From contig JAXLZV010000001.1 of NCBI GenBank assembly GCA_046350755.1, positions 270,855 to 334,854 on the forward strand: 64,000 nt of DNA, written 5' to 3'. Under the pieces are notes generated by a model that was not told the DNA's origin, made no database searches, and was given only the letters and a program-made list of their open reading frames with translations. Origin of the DNA: Candidatus Saccharimonadota bacterium (GTDB taxonomy: Bacteria > Patescibacteriota > Saccharimonadia > CAILAD01 > GCA-016700035). This document shows, piece by piece, positions 61,264-64,000 of this stretch (positions within the stretch are counted from its first letter, which is position 1; each line of letters starts with the position of its first letter). Position numbers and translations under genes: made by a program.

Positions 61264-63271
61264 GAGGTGGCTTTCGCTTTCGGGCTTTGGCGGGTGGTGA
61301 TTCGAGCTCGGCGGTCTGCGGGGCAACGGCGATGGCCGATCCCTGGGGGATTTCCGGAATCGTCCGGGTTGATTGCTTGAGCTCCCGCTCGTGTCGTTTC
61401 TTGAGCCACAATTCTAGCAGAACCAGAGCAATTATTCCAGATAGGACAATCAGGATCACAAAGAACGGCCACCATTGCGGCGCGGCGGTAGCGGCTGCCA
61501 GCACAAGCTGCGCATCATCGCCGCTAGTCTGCACAAAGACTAGTTCGGCATTAGCGGCATAACTGGCACCGGGCTGCACGATGCTTTTGGAGAATTTCTG
61601 ACGGGGGGCCAGCGAGCCGACAGCATAACTATCATTGCGACTTCCCTGCTTAATTTGTGCTGTGTAGTTATCTCCCGCCACATTCTCTGGTGCCTGTACT
61701 TCGTACTTGATCAAGGTAACCCCCGGAAAGAGGACATACTTCTGGATCTTGGCCTGGCCGGTTGTAGCAGCCGTTGGGAAATCGGCCGCATAGGTAATCT
61801 TGGTGTTCTCATACTGATAGTTTTCATCTCGCATGCCCGTCATGACGGCTGCCGGTGCGGAATCATTTTGTCCCCAGACTGCGAAAGTAAAATGATCGAG
61901 ATCACTCTTGCCGAAGTTATCAAACTTCTCGCCCCAAGTCGGGTCGAGATTCATCCAACCAATCCCCGGCACATAAGCTTCGACCCAGCTGTGCAGAGAA
62001 TCAGATACTTCTTTTGATTGTTTGAGATTACCCGCATAGGCATAACCGACCGGCATCCGTGCAGGAATACCCTGGCTCCGCAAGAGAGCAATCATCAGAT
62101 CGGAATATTCGAGGCAAACAGCATTATCGGGATTAAGCAAAGCCTTCGTACTACCCTGGCGAATGTTGTACTGAATCTTTGCATTATTATAGGTAAGTGT
62201 GTCGATGGTCAGCTTTTGGAGATTTCGGACCTTATCAATTACCGTCTCAGTGCCAGCCGTAGCCTGTTTGGCCTTGACCTGCAAATCTGGATTAGTCGTC
62301 TGCCAATAGCGAGTTGCACCAGTGTAGGCATCCTTAAGACTCTTTGGGATATCCTTGATGGTACCGCTTTTTGTCAGGTCATATTCGGCATATTTCACAC
62401 TGGCTGAGATGTCTGTCTTGACGATAATTTTCGTCCGGGCCGGTACTGAGTAATCAGCCAATATATTGCCATCGGCGTCGAGACGGGTGGCGATGGGTGC
62501 CGGATCAAGCGATTTGATAAATACTTTCTGAGTGCTCGTGTCGGGCGGTAGCGTTACCGTCATCGTTTTCGTCTGACCACTATCATTGGTAAGCGGATAA
62601 TTAAAGTCCACATTATAAACGGTCGAATCTCCAAAAATCAGCGTGGTCGAGCGCTGCAGCTCAGCCGGCTTCATAAAGCTGTAACGGATATTTGACCCAT
62701 CAGCACCATTGAGCTCCGGCGCCACCCCACTGGCATACATCTTGCCGAAGCCCTGCGGTACGGACACGTTTACTGTGTAGGTCTCATCGTTGCCGATCTC
62801 TGCAAGATTTGGTACATAGAACGCTTTACTCGGACCCTTAATATCCATCAGCTCGCTCGTGTCGTAGCTGACGGTGAAATTTAGAACCGCCCCACGACCA
62901 CCAGTCCCACTGTCAAAATCAACGGTAATCTCAGTATACGGATACGAGTAGCCAAGTGACTGACTCGTCTTTTCGGCAGTCGTCGTCTTAGTCGGACGAC
63001 CATCAGCATAGCTCACCTTTAAATTCTTGACGTCATTAGTAGGCGTCGAAATCTTGATCAAATCAAGAATTTTATCCGGTCGGTTATAGGTGACCTTATA
63101 ATTTGAAATAACCTTCGTATTGCCATTCGGATCAAGCTTGTAGGTTAGATCGATATTATAGCTAAAGTCTTCGGCCGCCTTGCCAGGGCGAGCACCGCCC
63201 ACATACGCCGCAAACACCAGCCAAATGAGCATGACCGTAATAACTCTTACGCGACGCCACGAAAAATGCAT
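61235..63271 (-). CDS. Transglutaminase-like surface protein with C-terminal TM
   Basis: VCLEYS, HSWVE, LDPTW catalytic triad motifs. Confidence 0.88.
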   Translation of the reverse strand: MHFSWRRVRVITVMLIWLVFAAYVGGARPGKAAEDFSYNIDLTYKLDPNGNTKVISNYKVTYNRPDKILDLIKISTPTNDVKNLKVSYADGRPTKTTTAEKTSQSLGYSYPYTEITVDFDSGTGGRGAVLNFTVSYDTSELMDIKGPSKAFYVPNLAEIGNDETYTVNVSVPQGFGKMYASGVAPELNGADGSNIRYSFMKPAELQRSTTLIFGDSTVYNVDFNYPLTNDSGQTKTMTVTLPPDTSTQKVFIKSLDPAPIATRLDADGNILADYSVPARTKIIVKTDISASVKYAEYDLTKSGTIKDIPKSLKDAYTGATRYWQTTNPDLQVKAKQATAGTETVIDKVRNLQKLTIDTLTYNNAKIQYNIRQGSTKALLNPDNAVCLEYSDLMIALLRSQGIPARMPVGYAYAGNLKQSKEVSDSLHSWVEAYVPGIGWMNLDPTWGEKFDNFGKSDLDHFTFAVWGQNDSAPAAVMTGMRDENYQYENTKITYAADFPTAATTGQAKIQKYVLFPGVTLIKYEVQAPENVAGDNYTAQIKQGSRNDSYAVGSLAPRQKFSKSIVQPGASYAANAELVFVQTSGDDAQLVLAAATAAPQWWPFFVILIVLSGIIALVLLELWLKKRHERELKQSTRTIPEIPQGSAIAVAPQTAELESPPAKARKRKPPHDTQQSARK

Positions 63272-63392
63272 ATACTTTTATGATAGCATAGCCGCTATCT
63301 GTCGGACAGAAGGAAAAAGCCAAGAGCTTCAACACACTTAGCTCGGTGCATGAGTCCAGAAATTACAGTCATCGGCCGCCCCTCACAGTGGG

Positions 63393-64000
63393 CTAAATGC
63401 CGAGCGCGTCATAAATACGTTTCCAATCCTCCATCGACAACTCTTGAGCGCGTACAGTAGCCGACAAGCTGAGCTTAAGTAAGGTTGACTCGATCTCACT
63501 GGGCGAAACATGGAGGCCAGCACCGAGCGTATTCTTTAGCTGCTTGCGTTTCTGGGCGAAGCCAAACTTCACCAGCCGCATGAAGCGTTTCTCATCCACA
63601 TCCAGCGTCAGGCTCTCCACCAGATCGACATGGACAACCGCCGAATCAACCTTCGGTGCTGGATAAAAGCTCTCGGGCGGCACGATACGAGCGATCTGCG
63701 GCACACCATGCAGCTGCACCGCAACTGACAGTACACTCATCTGCCCGGGTGTCGCGCACATCCGCTCGGCTACCTCTTTTTGCACCAAGAGTGTCAGAGA
63801 TGTTGGAGCTGATGGGGAAGTAATCAGCCGCCGAATCAGCGCGCCCGTAATAGAGTAGGGGATGTTCGCCACAACTTTGTAGGGGAGAGTCCCCCGCGGG
63901 GGGAGTGGCAAGCTGAGCGCGTCGCCTTTTTCAACGTGGAGGTTTGGCAAACCCTGTGATTCTATTAAAGCTGCCAGGGTTGGATCCAGTTCGTAGACGA
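63393..64000 (-). CDS. rsmA: 16S rRNA dimethyltransferase RsmA/KsgA (5' end outside window)
   Basis: VVANIPYSIT, QKEVAER, FYPAPKVDS, QKRKQL, VRAQEL. Confidence 0.93.
   Translation of the reverse strand, partial: VYELDPTLAALIESQGLPNLHVEKGDALSLPLPPRGTLPYKVVANIPYSITGALIRRLITSPSAPTSLTLLVQKEVAERMCATPGQMSVLSVAVQLHGVPQIARIVPPESFYPAPKVDSAVVHVDLVESLTLDVDEKRFMRLVKFGFAQKRKQLKNTLGAGLHVSPSEIESTLLKLSLSATVRAQELSMEDWKRIYDALGI

Overview
Bacterial chromosomal window, standard genetic code, most likely from a Patescibacteria/CPR organism (Saccharibacteria-like). This is inferred from the gene set and order: rpsP-khpA-trmD, rpmF-nusB-NUDIX-rnc-smc, ftsA-like/baseplate-J-like/ruvX/mltG, a short AlaRS, and 'RLPxxxxDDGxWGxILNxFL' surface proteins. 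The backbone is housekeeping genes, mostly on the minus strand and often apparently leaderless. About 14 stand-alone, mostly GC-rich cassettes are inserted between them. They share one architecture: consensus -35/-10 promoter, a G(T/C/A)ACCT-type motif, a strong Shine-Dalgarno, an orphan or lipid-enzyme ORF and an intrinsic terminator. One unit of this type carries no credible ORF but a ~420-nt multi-hairpin RNA (56788-57211, minus strand). The window also has tRNA-Gln(CTG) and tRNA-Ala(GGC), each associated with a structured element ending in a copy of the tRNA 3' end. Other features are an integrase-less tRNA-Ala island (copper module plus two HTH paralogs), a tatA-tatC locus, tail-fibre-like genes and beta-propeller surface proteins with a decayed third copy. 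Taxonomy and functions are inferred from motifs only; no searches were run.
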